A stretch of 64,000 nt of DNA, from positions 32,001 to 96,000 of IMG/VR virus record IMGVR_UViG_3300042268_000478; one strand, 5' to 3'. Positions 47,914 to 57,506 of this stretch are shown here, one piece after another. This DNA is from a virus (lineage: Duplodnaviria; Caudoviricetes). The translations under genes and the position numbers were made by a program. The notes under the pieces were generated by a model. It was not told where the DNA came from. It was given only the letters and a program-made list of their open reading frames with translations, and did not search any database. How positions within the stretch are numbered: the first letter of the stretch is position 1; the number at the start of each line of letters is the position of its first letter.

Positions 47914-48693
47914 ATGGCTGGTGAAGTAAAAACATTCGATGATTATTCCGGCAGGGATTATCTCACCATTATCCCATCCAAGGGCAGACCCGACAGAGTG
48001 GCTAAGGTGCAGAAGGTGTTTCCTAATGCCGTCATGTACATAAACGCCAGTGAGCTCGAAAGCTATGCCCCGAACTGCGACATTCCTATCATACTCCATA
48101 ATGAGACCATGGGCTATGGTAGTGTCATGAATAGCATCTTCCGTGAATGCACCAAGGCGAATATCAGGTACAGTGTTGTGTTTGACGACGATGTTGAATC
48201 ATTCGATTCTCTTGTCGGCAACCGCCCTCGCAAACTAACCGTCGAACAGACGGAAGAGGCGATTGTTAATGCTTGCCAGATACTGGAAGACTTGGACGCT
48301 TACATCTATCTGTTCAGTACATGTTCTTCGTGCGTAAAATACCAGCAGTCGGAGCCGTTTAAGATTGGGTTCAGTTTATCACAAGGGGCTTGGGTGTTGA
48401 GAAACGATAAGATGGGCAGGTTCAAACTCGGAATGCACCACTACGAAGATTTTGATTTCTGTATGGATTACGTCTTGAAGCACCGGTACATGGTTATAGA
48501 AAACCGGTTTCAGGCAGTATCAAAAGGCGCATACGAAGCCGGTGGCTGCAATTCGTTCAGAACCTCGGAAAACGAAAAATCTAGCATGGAATACATCAGG
48601 AAAAAGTGGAAGGGCAATGTCGCCTTCGTGGTGAATCAGGGTGGCACGATTCGCCCTACTGCCAAAATAAACAGGCAGCAAAGAAGGAAATAA
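47914..48693 (+). CDS. GREB1-like / TET-associated-type GT-A glycosyltransferase
   Basis: 'IIPSKGRPD', 'VFDDD', 'EDFDFC', 'AGGCNSFR', 'KKWKG'. Confidence 0.78.
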   Translation: MAGEVKTFDDYSGRDYLTIIPSKGRPDRVAKVQKVFPNAVMYINASELESYAPNCDIPIILHNETMGYGSVMNSIFRECTKANIRYSVVFDDDVESFDSLVGNRPRKLTVEQTEEAIVNACQILEDLDAYIYLFSTCSSCVKYQQSEPFKIGFSLSQGAWVLRNDKMGRFKLGMHHYEDFDFCMDYVLKHRYMVIENRFQAVSKGAYEAGGCNSFRTSENEKSSMEYIRKKWKGNVAFVVNQGGTIRPTAKINRQQRRK

Positions 48694-48818
48694 TAAAAAA
48701 AGATTTTTTTTTATTTTAAGATTGGAAATACAAAATCATAAGATTATGATAACGCTATAGTAATCAACAACTTACATAAAGTTGTTAAACAAAAAAACCA
48801 CAAGGGAGCACGAGAAAG

Positions 48819-49007
48819 ATGAGTAACATGAGCTATTGCAGATTTAGGAACACCGAAACTGACCTCGAAGACTGCTACGCAAGTATGGAAAATGGAGACG
48901 AACTGTCACACGAAGAAGCCGAGGCAAGGAAAAGACTTATTGAGCGATGTGTTGATATCGCTCTTGACTATGGGCATGAAGTTGGCAGAGCAGTTGAGGA
49001 AGTATAA
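48819..49007 (+). CDS. Small phage protein
   Basis: 'MSNMSYCRFRNT..DL.DC'. Confidence 0.7.
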   Translation: MSNMSYCRFRNTETDLEDCYASMENGDELSHEEAEARKRLIERCVDIALDYGHEVGRAVEEV

Positions 49008-49064
49008 AAATAACCATTGTAAACTAAAAGCAAGACTAACCACAAACCGAAAGGAAAAAACCAC

Positions 49065-49688
49065 ATGAGCAACCCGATGAAACAACCGACCCCAAGAGGG
49101 TACAATCCGTATGAACTGATGTCCGCTATGCAGAAGTTTGTTCGCCGCAGTATGGAGCGCGAAGCCCTGTTTTGCTTCTATGAGCTTGAAGCAGCCGGAC
49201 TTTACTATGCAGCCGCATCCCGTCTCACAGTCATTGTTTACGAAGACTGCGGCATGGCGAACCCGGCCTTGCTTAACTCCATTCAGGGGCATATGGAGCA
49301 GATGGCTAAATGGTGGAAGGCTAACAACGGCGCATGGCGGCTTGTGCTAGGCAACATTATCCTGCAAGCCTGTCGCGGCAAGAAGACCAGAATTGCCGAC
49401 CACTTCGTTTGCTCCATGATGGGAGCTATGGTGAACGGCTACAAGGTTGACCTTGAGCAGTACAGCGAGTTCGTCTTTGATATGCATACTCGACAGGGCA
49501 AGCAAATGGGGCGCGGGCTAGACCACTTCTTTGAGCACGGCATGACGATTATCGAAAGCACAGAAACCACTGATTATGCCAATGATGAAATGCGCGAACT
49601 TCTCAAGGCTGAAAAGATCAGTGATGACATTTCCGAAGATTATAAAAAAGACCCGCGAAACCTCGCAAAACAAGGAGACCTTTTTTGA
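49065..49688 (+). CDS. Stand-alone RarA/MgsA C-terminal-like domain protein
   Basis: 'YELMSAMQKFVRRS...EAL...RL.VI.YEDCGMANP'. Confidence 0.7.
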   Translation: MSNPMKQPTPRGYNPYELMSAMQKFVRRSMEREALFCFYELEAAGLYYAAASRLTVIVYEDCGMANPALLNSIQGHMEQMAKWWKANNGAWRLVLGNIILQACRGKKTRIADHFVCSMMGAMVNGYKVDLEQYSEFVFDMHTRQGKQMGRGLDHFFEHGMTIIESTETTDYANDEMRELLKAEKISDDISEDYKKDPRNLAKQGDLF

Positions 49689-50365
49689 ACTCGAAAACTG
49701 TTCATATATCACAACCAAGGATTTATCCGCATTTGTCTTATTTGGAGAAAATAGCAAGTGCGGATTTATTTGTCGTTCTGGATGATTTAATGCTTAAGCC
49801 GGAGCTTTTCGAGCGGCGCAATCGCTACTACTGCTTCAACGCCGGAGAACCGCGCTTTCTTACCATTCCTACCGAAAAAAAAAGGCAGCACCGGCATTTG
49901 AAAATCACCGACTTGGATTTTGCCAAGAAGCACCGGCGCATACTTAAAGACAACTACTGGAAACGCACAGCCCGCTTTGATGAAGACATTCTCAATGAAA
50001 TTGTTTTCGACCCGGCTAATGAATCCTTTCTCGAATACTACACCGAATCATTAGCCCGTACAATGAAGCTCCTTGGCTTTCACACTGAAATCGCTTTATC
50101 ATCCCAAGTTGCCAGCCCAAACGTCAAAACAGAGCGCCTTAATGATATTCTACGCTATCATCAGGCAGATACCTACCTGTCGGGCGCATGTGGAGCCGAA
50201 TACATGGGCGAAGACTGCTGTGTGCCGGTTGTCTTCCGTAGGCACGAGGAAGAAGTGAGCCGCTTCCACTCCAACAGCAATACTGACATGATGCTTATGT
50301 TTATCGACACACTTTTTGATAAAGGACTGGAATTCACAAAAGGACTGTTGCATAAAAATGATTGA
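49685..50365 (+). CDS. WbqC-like family protein
   Basis: 'ISQPRIYPHLSYLEKIASADLFVVLDD', 'RRN', 'LTIP', 'KTERL', 'ADTYLSG...EY'. Confidence 0.85.
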   Translation: MNSKTVHISQPRIYPHLSYLEKIASADLFVVLDDLMLKPELFERRNRYYCFNAGEPRFLTIPTEKKRQHRHLKITDLDFAKKHRRILKDNYWKRTARFDEDILNEIVFDPANESFLEYYTESLARTMKLLGFHTEIALSSQVASPNVKTERLNDILRYHQADTYLSGACGAEYMGEDCCVPVVFRRHEEEVSRFHSNSNTDMMLMFIDTLFDKGLEFTKGLLHKND

Positions 50366-50981
50366 TACTTTGATTATAGCTGCTCACGACGACGATGAGG
50401 CCTTGATGGCTGGTGGATACATTGCGAAGTATGCCAGCCAAAAGGAAATCGTTGTATGTGTTGTTATCGGCTGCACCGATGACCAGAAAGCAGCTTCCGC
50501 AAAAAACGCAGAAGCATTCGGCTACACGATTGAGCCCATTTATGAAAAGCAATTCGCAACCCCGCTTCACGTCCTTGCGGCAAAGATTAATCAGGTCATT
50601 TTAAAGCACCGTCCTCAGACCATTATCACACACACTTATTTCGATACCCATCAGGAACACAAGCTGGTTCACGATGCCGTTGAGATTGCCACGCGGGCTA
50701 TTGATATGAGAGAGGCAGGGGGTGGGCACTTTGTCCCGAATATTTTACTTGGGCTCGGCACCGGCTTGTATGAAAACTCTATAACTTTAACCAGACCGCA
50801 GTGCTTTGTCGGGCTCTCCCGGAAAGAAGTCAATCGTAAGGTGGATATGATGAATCGCTACGGTCTTGAAATGAAGGGAATCAGAAGCAGGATCGGTGCT
50901 ATCACCGATGCTAGGTTTTGGGGCAAGATGAACGGGACGCAATTCGCCGAGGCGTTTATTGCTAAAAGGATAGCCGTGTAG
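50358..50981 (+). CDS. PIG-L/LmbE family N-deacetylase
   Basis: 'IIAAHDDDEALMAGG', 'DTHQEH', 'AEAF'. Confidence 0.85.
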   Translation: MIDTLIIAAHDDDEALMAGGYIAKYASQKEIVVCVVIGCTDDQKAASAKNAEAFGYTIEPIYEKQFATPLHVLAAKINQVILKHRPQTIITHTYFDTHQEHKLVHDAVEIATRAIDMREAGGGHFVPNILLGLGTGLYENSITLTRPQCFVGLSRKEVNRKVDMMNRYGLEMKGIRSRIGAITDARFWGKMNGTQFAEAFIAKRIAV

Positions 50982-51054
50982 CCCGGCATAATAAGGTTAT
51001 TATTAATTATATATATTATATAAATATATTATATAAGAGAGGATATTATTTATA

Positions 51055-51426
51055 ATGAGCAAATCTGACGAAAAAAAGCCAGAGGAAAAAAATCCAGGCG
51101 GTAGACCCAAAAAAGAAATCAACTATGATACCGTTGAAAAGCTCGCACGGATTATGTGCACTCAGGAAGAGATTGCTGCCGTTCTTGACATAAGCGTGAG
51201 GACATTACAGAGAGATGAGGAGTTTTGTCGCATATATAAAAAGGGACAGGAACTTGGCAAGGCAAGCCTTCGCCGCTCTCAATATAATCTTGCCATGAGC
51301 GGCAATGCCACGATGCTGGTCTGGCTTGGCAAACAACTCCTTGACCAATCGGACAAACAAACCCACGAAGTTGACGTTACTCAGCCCATTGTGCTAAAAG
51401 TAGACGAAGATGACGCAAAAGCCTAA
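51055..51426 (+). CDS. Terminase small subunit
   Basis: 'GGRPKK', HTH, 'SLRRSQ..LA..GNATMLVWLGKQLL.Q'. Confidence 0.8.
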   Translation: MSKSDEKKPEEKNPGGRPKKEINYDTVEKLARIMCTQEEIAAVLDISVRTLQRDEEFCRIYKKGQELGKASLRRSQYNLAMSGNATMLVWLGKQLLDQSDKQTHEVDVTQPIVLKVDEDDAKA

Positions 51427-52681
51427 ATTCAAAAAGACCCAAGACCAGATTCAGGCGGTAAAACTCATGATTGGCAGTGCGGTGCATGTGCTACTGTTCG
51501 GCGGCTCCCGCTCTGGCAAAACATTTATTATTATCCGGCAGATTCTTTTAAGGGCGATAAAAGCCCCCGGCTCCAGACACTGTATCCTGCGCAAAACCCA
51601 AACTGATATTAGAAAAAGTATCTGGCTTGATACCTTGCCAAAAGTGCTTGAATTGTGCTTTCCCGGCGTTCCGATCAAGAAGAACGAAGCGTATCTGAGG
51701 ATTATCCTGCCGAACAAGTCCGAAATATGGCTCGGGGGCTTGGATAAAACAGATAAAATCCTCGGTAACGAGTACGCCACGATGTACTTTAATGAAATCT
51801 CTGAAATCTCATACGAGCAGGTTGAAACGGCACATTCCCGACTTGCCCAAAAGTGCCCGGAACTCGTGAACAAGTTCTTCTACGACTGCAACCCGCCGAG
51901 CAAGTCACACTGGAGCTATAAGGTTTTCAATCAGAAAGTGAATCCGGTGGAGAACACGCCTCTCCCAAGACCGGAGCTCTATACTTATATGCGCCTGAAC
52001 CCAGACGGCAACAAGGAAAACCTTGCAGACGGATACATTGAAACAACCCTTGAGGGTATGTCCGAACGCAAAAAGAAACGTTTCCTGCGTGGCGAATGGG
52101 CAGACGACAACGAAAATGCTCTCTGGAAACGTGATAGCATGATTAATCCGTTCAGGGTAAAAAGCCTGCCTCCAGATTTGGAACGTATCGTGGTAGCTGT
52201 AGACCCTGCCGTCACGAGCAAGGAAACTTCCGACCATACCGGCATTGTGATAGCTGGCTCCAAGCGTTTCAACGGCGAAAAGCATTACTATGTGCTAGAT
52301 GATCGCTCCCTGATAGGCACTCCGAAAGAATGGGCAAGCACAACGGTAAACGCCTATCGTGAATATTTTGCTGATCGTGTCGTTGCTGAGGTGAATCAAG
52401 GTGGTGATCTGGTTGAAGCCACGTTAAGGAACATTGATAAGAGTATCAGTTACCGTGGTGTCCGTGCTTCAAGAGGAAAAATCCTGCGAGCGGAGCCGAT
52501 TGCTGAACTTTACGAACGTGGTTTAGTTCACCATGTCGGCTCGTTTCCGCTGCTGGAAGATGAAATGTGCTCGTATTGTGGTTTCGATAACGAGCAGTCC
52601 CCCGACAGGCTTGACGCTCTGGTTTGGGCTCTCACAGAACTCTCGCACCGTGCCGGAGGCTTTAGGGCTATACTGGCTTAA
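51410..52681 (+). CDS. terL: Terminase large subunit
   Basis: 'GGSRSGKT', 'DCNPP', 'VVAVDPA', 'AEVNQGG', 'SPDRLDALVWA'. Confidence 0.95.
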   Translation: MTQKPKFKKTQDQIQAVKLMIGSAVHVLLFGGSRSGKTFIIIRQILLRAIKAPGSRHCILRKTQTDIRKSIWLDTLPKVLELCFPGVPIKKNEAYLRIILPNKSEIWLGGLDKTDKILGNEYATMYFNEISEISYEQVETAHSRLAQKCPELVNKFFYDCNPPSKSHWSYKVFNQKVNPVENTPLPRPELYTYMRLNPDGNKENLADGYIETTLEGMSERKKKRFLRGEWADDNENALWKRDSMINPFRVKSLPPDLERIVVAVDPAVTSKETSDHTGIVIAGSKRFNGEKHYYVLDDRSLIGTPKEWASTTVNAYREYFADRVVAEVNQGGDLVEATLRNIDKSISYRGVRASRGKILRAEPIAELYERGLVHHVGSFPLLEDEMCSYCGFDNEQSPDRLDALVWALTELSHRAGGFRAILA

Positions 52682-53064
52682 TATTGACTTGGAAATATAA
52701 CTTGCTGATATATTTCATATTGCCTCAGCCATTCCATCTCTTTAGGACTAAAGTCTAAATCATCATAATTTTCAATAGCAATGGATTCGCATTTTGATAT
52801 AATACGTTCCAAGTCATGAACCATTTTTTTATATTTTATTTGAGTTTCAACCTGTTCGAACTTATCACCGTCGAGCATACAATTAATGTTTGCCATTAAA
52901 GACTTAGCATCAACATAAATCTCTTCCACATCATCAAAATGATCTACAATGCTAATAGCTGCATCTACATTTTCTTTTGCGCGACGCAATTCAGACGCTT
53001 TTGCTACTATCTGATTGTATTCTTGTATGTATTTCTTGTATTTTCCCTGATTTACTCTTGGCAT
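52678..53064 (-). CDS. Hypothetical moron protein
   Basis: AT-rich, opposite strand, RBS GAGGA. Confidence 0.6.
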   Translation of the reverse strand: MPRVNQGKYKKYIQEYNQIVAKASELRRAKENVDAAISIVDHFDDVEEIYVDAKSLMANINCMLDGDKFEQVETQIKYKKMVHDLERIISKCESIAIENYDDLDFSPKEMEWLRQYEIYQQVIFPSQY

Positions 53065-53104
53065 TTTTATATCCTCTAGGTTATTTTGAGTATATTATTC
53101 TAAA

Positions 53105-53998
53105 TTATGAAGGAATACCATAATAAAAAGAGATTGCTTTTGTAAGTAATGCCCCTGCAGTGTCAATTCCGATATTCCAAATGCCGGAAGCAGATTTACC
53201 AACCATTTCCCCAATCCATCTGCCAACTTTCGAGCCGAAATGCTCAGTACTTACTGGTTTTGGGTCTTCCTCAATACACTGCTTCAGATTTGCAATATCG
53301 TCGTTGGAAATACCATTTGATTTCAGATAATTTGATAACGATTCAAAGTTATTCTTCTTGATATCCATAGTCAAATTCTGATTGACAGTACTGTTTTTTA
53401 TATCTCCGAGATTACCTTGAAAATTCCCGCCAATATTAATATTAGTAGTCATATGTGTTGCTAGCTCTTTTTCTTCTTGCGAAAACGACATTCCTTCTCC
53501 AGTTATTCCTTGCTCTTCTAATTCTAGAGACCAATTTAAAATTTTATTTCGTACAGTGCTAACAATGCACATCAGTACATTCGGAGCCACTGAAAACCGA
53601 ACTTTCATTGGATATGTTTGCTGGCTAATCAAATATTTTTCCATTTCTGCAGGAAATGTCATTTGTAAACAACCATCTTTATATTTTGATAACTCATCAA
53701 GATTCTCAATGGGATCGTGAACTTTTCTTATTTTGAAAATATTTGCAGACTCTTCATCTTCAAAAAAAAATGGAATCCAACCATTATATGGGTTAAAGGC
53801 TTCGACTTGTCCGTGAACAGTACGATATTCTGGAATAAGCGATATATCGCTATATCCATTAAGCTCATTGTTTATCCATTCTCGATAAGAATCAATTTTA
53901 AGTTTACGAGAAATAACAAGAGCTTTTTTTAGTAAGTTCCCAGCCGTGACATTATTATCAAGTGCATCCCGTTGTAATTCTGAAACTAGACCTTCCAT
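53105..53998 (-). CDS. AbiTii-domain protein
   Basis: 'LVSELQRDALD....NLLKKALVISRKL....EWINNELNGY....PEYR'; start ATG 53998 after GGAG. Confidence 0.8.
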   Translation of the reverse strand: MEGLVSELQRDALDNNVTAGNLLKKALVISRKLKIDSYREWINNELNGYSDISLIPEYRTVHGQVEAFNPYNGWIPFFFEDEESANIFKIRKVHDPIENLDELSKYKDGCLQMTFPAEMEKYLISQQTYPMKVRFSVAPNVLMCIVSTVRNKILNWSLELEEQGITGEGMSFSQEEKELATHMTTNINIGGNFQGNLGDIKNSTVNQNLTMDIKKNNFESLSNYLKSNGISNDDIANLKQCIEEDPKPVSTEHFGSKVGRWIGEMVGKSASGIWNIGIDTAGALLTKAISFYYGIPS

Positions 53999-54092
53999 GC
54001 AACTCTCCAATGTTCGTTTATTATTGGTTAAGCTATCACTAACGTTTATTGTTATCAACTCAAAATGAAGCGGGAAGTATAAATTTTTAAAT

Positions 54093-54136
54093 AATTTACT
54101 AAATTAACTTGACAACGGTAAATATAAAAGTAGGTT
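54093..54136 (+). promoter_or_regulatory. Promoter: repeated motif directly followed by TTGACA
   Basis: AATTTACTAAATTAAC at 54093-54108 then TTGACA at 54109-54114. Confidence 0.6.
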
Positions 54137-54194
54137 CTAATTATAAACTAAATTTACTAACACCAAGTAAACAAAAAACACAAGGAGCTGTAAG

Positions 54195-54572
54195 ATGAGT
54201 ACAAAGAGTGAAAAAATTGAAGTCGTAGCAAAACAAATCAAGAGAGCGGAGTTTCGCTTGAATGAAATAAGTGAATGGGCAGCGGAAAATTTTGGAAATG
54301 CCATTAATGCCTATGCAAGTTCCTATTTTGAATTACAAAGGTACTTAAAGCATCTCAAAAGCTTGCATTCAGTCCTGGATACAGAAGTTGAAGAACCAAA
54401 CACAAATGAAATTCTAACTGGCATGATTGACAGTGAAATATCTTACATAACTTCCGAAATATTCAGCGTGAGAACCGATCCATGCGGTCAACTTGAATCA
54501 AAAGGATACGTTCAGTTGGTTCGCAAAGGCGGCACTCTCGAAACCTTAAAAGACCTTTTAGAACTCAATTAA
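54195..54572 (+). CDS. Hypothetical protein
   Basis: RBS AAGGAG. Confidence 0.65.
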   Translation: MSTKSEKIEVVAKQIKRAEFRLNEISEWAAENFGNAINAYASSYFELQRYLKHLKSLHSVLDTEVEEPNTNEILTGMIDSEISYITSEIFSVRTDPCGQLESKGYVQLVRKGGTLETLKDLLELN

Positions 54573-54603
54573 TCATAAAAACCACAACAGAAAGGGAACC
54601 AAG

Positions 54604-54897
54604 ATGGAACACCGGCACGAAGTAGCATTCAAAATCGACAAAAGCACAATCTTAGGCGAAGACTTCAAAGCCACCGTACGTGAAATGGTGCGCATGACGA
54701 CAATCAACGATTTTATGAGCAAGCGGCATGGCAAAAAAGTAGAAATGCAGTACACCCCAACGGTTAACTTCCTCTATGATATCGCAAGAGAAGCAATACA
54801 CGACCAGATAGGTGACGTTCTGGCAGAAATGGAAGAAGAAGACCCTGTCGAAATCTACAAATCAATGGTCGCAGAATTCGAAAACAAACCACAATAA
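54604..54897 (+). CDS. Hypothetical protein
   Basis: In-operon ORF. Confidence 0.65.
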   Translation: MEHRHEVAFKIDKSTILGEDFKATVREMVRMTTINDFMSKRHGKKVEMQYTPTVNFLYDIAREAIHDQIGDVLAEMEEEDPVEIYKSMVAEFENKPQ

Positions 54898-54943
54898 CCC
54901 AAATAACCACAATTCAAATCCACAGAAACAAGGAGTATTCCAA

Positions 54944-55369
54944 ATGTCTACTAGATCAACTATTGCAATCCATGAGAATGATAAAATCAGAGCAATCTAT
55001 TGCCACTTTGACGGCTATCTTCATGGGGTCGGCTCAACTCTTCATAATCATTATAACACCGAAGAGAAAGTAAAAGAACTCATAGAGCTTGGAGACCTGA
55101 GCTCTCTTTCTGAAAATGTAAAACCCCGAGAAGGCACACCCCACTCATTCGACAAGCCACAAAAGGGCGTAACAGTTGCTTATATGAGAGATCGCGGAGA
55201 GAGCGAAGTAGAACCAAATGAATACTCTAGCCGAGAAGAATTGTTTGAAGCAGCAAATAGCTGTTATGGAGCCGAATTTGTTTATCTCTTTGAGAACGGG
55301 GAGTGGATTTATAGACAGGTTTACGACGAACAGGAAGAAGGCTGGCAAGTTGTCGCAGAAGAACTTTAA
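54944..55369 (+). CDS. Conserved phage protein (YCHxDGY motif)
   Basis: 'MSTRSTI...IYCHFDGY..GVG..L'; RBS AAGGAG. Confidence 0.75.
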   Translation: MSTRSTIAIHENDKIRAIYCHFDGYLHGVGSTLHNHYNTEEKVKELIELGDLSSLSENVKPREGTPHSFDKPQKGVTVAYMRDRGESEVEPNEYSSREELFEAANSCYGAEFVYLFENGEWIYRQVYDEQEEGWQVVAEEL

Positions 55370-55413
55370 GTAAAAAAAATAACCACACAATAGCCACAAA
55401 AGGAGCAACCACA

Positions 55414-55776
55414 ATGACCACAATCAAAGGACTGCTGATTGACCCCGCAAAAAGGACGATCAACGAAGTAGAACTAGAAGAGAAAAATGACAGCTACCTG
55501 AGCGACATGCGCCGTCTTTTGGGCTGCAGCACTGTTGATGTAGCTAGAGAACAAATTGCCGGAATCAACCTTGATATATGGGTTGATGACGAAGGGGCTT
55601 TCAAGAGCCCTGAGTATTTCTTCCATCTTCCAAATTATCCAGAATGGCTGTGCGGAAAAGGCTTGGTGCTAGGCAATGACGACTTGGGCAACTGCATTTC
55701 CCACGGTCTGACCCAGGAGCAAATCGAAGCCTTCGCCCAAAGCGTAAAGCTCGGAACCAGAAGAAAGGATATATGA
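55414..55776 (+). CDS. DUF3846-like protein
   Basis: 'LLIDP', 'IWVDDEG', 'LCGKGLVLG'. Confidence 0.65.
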   Translation: MTTIKGLLIDPAKRTINEVELEEKNDSYLSDMRRLLGCSTVDVAREQIAGINLDIWVDDEGAFKSPEYFFHLPNYPEWLCGKGLVLGNDDLGNCISHGLTQEQIEAFAQSVKLGTRRKDI

Positions 55777-56228
55777 TCATGAATTTGAATGATATGAACG
55801 AAAAGCAGTTAAGACAATACAAGACTCCTGTCGTTGAAAGCATAGAGGAGCTTGCAACAATAATTAATTCGCTTGCGAACAGAAAACACGATTATGGAAC
55901 CTGTGTCTATGCCATGAGCATTGCTGCACATGCTACATTCAGGTATATCGCAAATCATCTTGGCGTAACTGGTTTTCAGGCAAGCTGTGCAGACCTTGAT
56001 TTTCTTCGCAGAACGAGAAATATAGATGCTTTCAAAATCGTTGACTACAGCAAGGTTCTATACCCGCAGTATCATGATGAAATCAATAACATCTGCGTTG
56101 ATAAAATCATTGCTGAAAATAAAGATTATTTTCGTGCAGAATGCAAGAGACTCCTGAAAAACCCAGAACATGCGTCTGCAAACGTGATCGCCAACTGGAA
56201 AGCAGTACTAAAAAAATGCGGAGACTGA
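55773..56228 (+). CDS. Hypothetical phage protein
   Basis: 'HDYGTCVYA', 'GVTGFQA'. Confidence 0.65.
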   Translation: MIMNLNDMNEKQLRQYKTPVVESIEELATIINSLANRKHDYGTCVYAMSIAAHATFRYIANHLGVTGFQASCADLDFLRRTRNIDAFKIVDYSKVLYPQYHDEINNICVDKIIAENKDYFRAECKRLLKNPEHASANVIANWKAVLKKCGD

Positions 56229-56231
56229 AAG

Positions 56232-56441
56232 ATGCAAACCAAAACCTTAGCAGAACTTAGAGCTGAATTTGAAAAAATGGCTATTGAAAAAATGTATATG
56301 CTTGGAAGAGAAGTATGCGGTGTATATGACTCTCCTGTAACACAACAGTTCTGGTGTGGCTATTGGCAATGCGCTAAGAAATACGGAGTAATTGTTGGAA
56401 AAGATGCAAACGTGCAAAATATGAATAAATGGGAGGAATAA
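56232..56441 (+). CDS. Hypothetical protein
   Basis: In-operon ORF. Confidence 0.5.
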   Translation: MQTKTLAELRAEFEKMAIEKMYMLGREVCGVYDSPVTQQFWCGYWQCAKKYGVIVGKDANVQNMNKWEE

Positions 56442-56443
56442 CC

Positions 56444-56722
56444 ATGCCTATCTGTAACCGCAACCATTCCCCTATAGTCCACAACAAAATGATCTGTCCA
56501 CTTTGCAGGGCTATCAACGATTGCCTAGAGGCTAACAAACAGATAATTGCTATTGCCGTTGAAGCTGTCCACTGGAGACGGGAATTTAAAGATGCTTGCC
56601 CAGATGTTGGATGGGGAGAGTCCTTGGAAACGTCAATTGATAAAGTCACAGAAGCAGCAGGAGCTTTCATTGACACAAATAAGCTCGTTGAAGCGTATAA
56701 ACTTAAATACGGGAAAAGATGA
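56444..56722 (+). CDS. Hypothetical protein
   Basis: RBS GGAGG; C..H..CxxC. Confidence 0.55.
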   Translation: MPICNRNHSPIVHNKMICPLCRAINDCLEANKQIIAIAVEAVHWRREFKDACPDVGWGESLETSIDKVTEAAGAFIDTNKLVEAYKLKYGKR

Positions 56723-57141
56723 TCATGATATACAAAGGGACACGAGGAAAGCCAGTCAAAACGCTTGAGCACTTGCAGGAGCTTGCTGAAAACCGCAAGT
56801 CGATTATTATAAACCATTGGGTCAAATCGAGCGTCCTTCCAGCCAAGTCTATTCTCTATCGCCAGTGTGCGGATGTCATAAGCCTTTTAAAGAGCGATAG
56901 GTTGTTTGAATACATCAAGCCTACTCCACACCCCAAACAGAAAACAACGAGGTTGTACGGGCGTAAAAAGGGCAAAAAAGAAGACCCCCGTATCGAACTC
57001 AGCCAGCAGGACATAAAAGACATGCTACAATTGCTTAATGACATCCCGAACAGTTCCCCCGGCCACAACGATTATCGGTTCAAGAACACATATGCGATCT
57101 GCTCTTTTTTGAGAGGAAAGCTTAGAGAGCTGGAGGGCTAG
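56719..57141 (+). CDS. Hypothetical protein
   Basis: Coupled start. Confidence 0.55.
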   Translation: MIMIYKGTRGKPVKTLEHLQELAENRKSIIINHWVKSSVLPAKSILYRQCADVISLLKSDRLFEYIKPTPHPKQKTTRLYGRKKGKKEDPRIELSQQDIKDMLQLLNDIPNSSPGHNDYRFKNTYAICSFLRGKLRELEG

Positions 57142-57145
57142 CACA

Positions 57146-57415
57146 ATGCTTTGCAACGTTTGCGGCGAGGACAAGCCAAAGAGCAAGTTCTACAAGCACT
57201 ATCACAAGTGCAAAACCGGCACCTGCATCCTGTGTTTTCGGGAAAAGCAAAACAAGACTTACAATAGAGCCAGTACTCCCCCTATGTCTCATGAAGACAT
57301 ACGTGACTGGAACAGGCAGCACCCGTTCGACAAGGCAATACTCCGAGGCATGGTCTACAGCCTCAGAAACATGCGTATGAATTCCCCTGAAGGTAGAGCA
57401 TCTAAGTTATTTTGA
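57146..57415 (+). CDS. Zn-finger hypothetical protein
   Basis: 'CNVC.EDKP.SKFY...CILC'. Confidence 0.6.
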   Translation: MLCNVCGEDKPKSKFYKHYHKCKTGTCILCFREKQNKTYNRASTPPMSHEDIRDWNRQHPFDKAILRGMVYSLRNMRMNSPEGRASKLF

Positions 57416-57506
57416 ATTTCAGGATATAGTTGGAAACACCAATTTAATATTGAAATTTTGCTCCTGCTTAATTATATTAACGCAAATATAAAGCAGGAGT
57501 TTTATT

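Noticed and set aside
49685-50981. Host O-antigen biosynthesis locus
   Set aside because: No sugar-nucleotide synthesis, flippase or polymerase genes; embedded between phage genes.
51000-51040. AT-rich quasi-palindrome before terS as a cos/pac site
   Set aside because: Low-complexity TA run; cannot be distinguished from promoter DNA without termini data.
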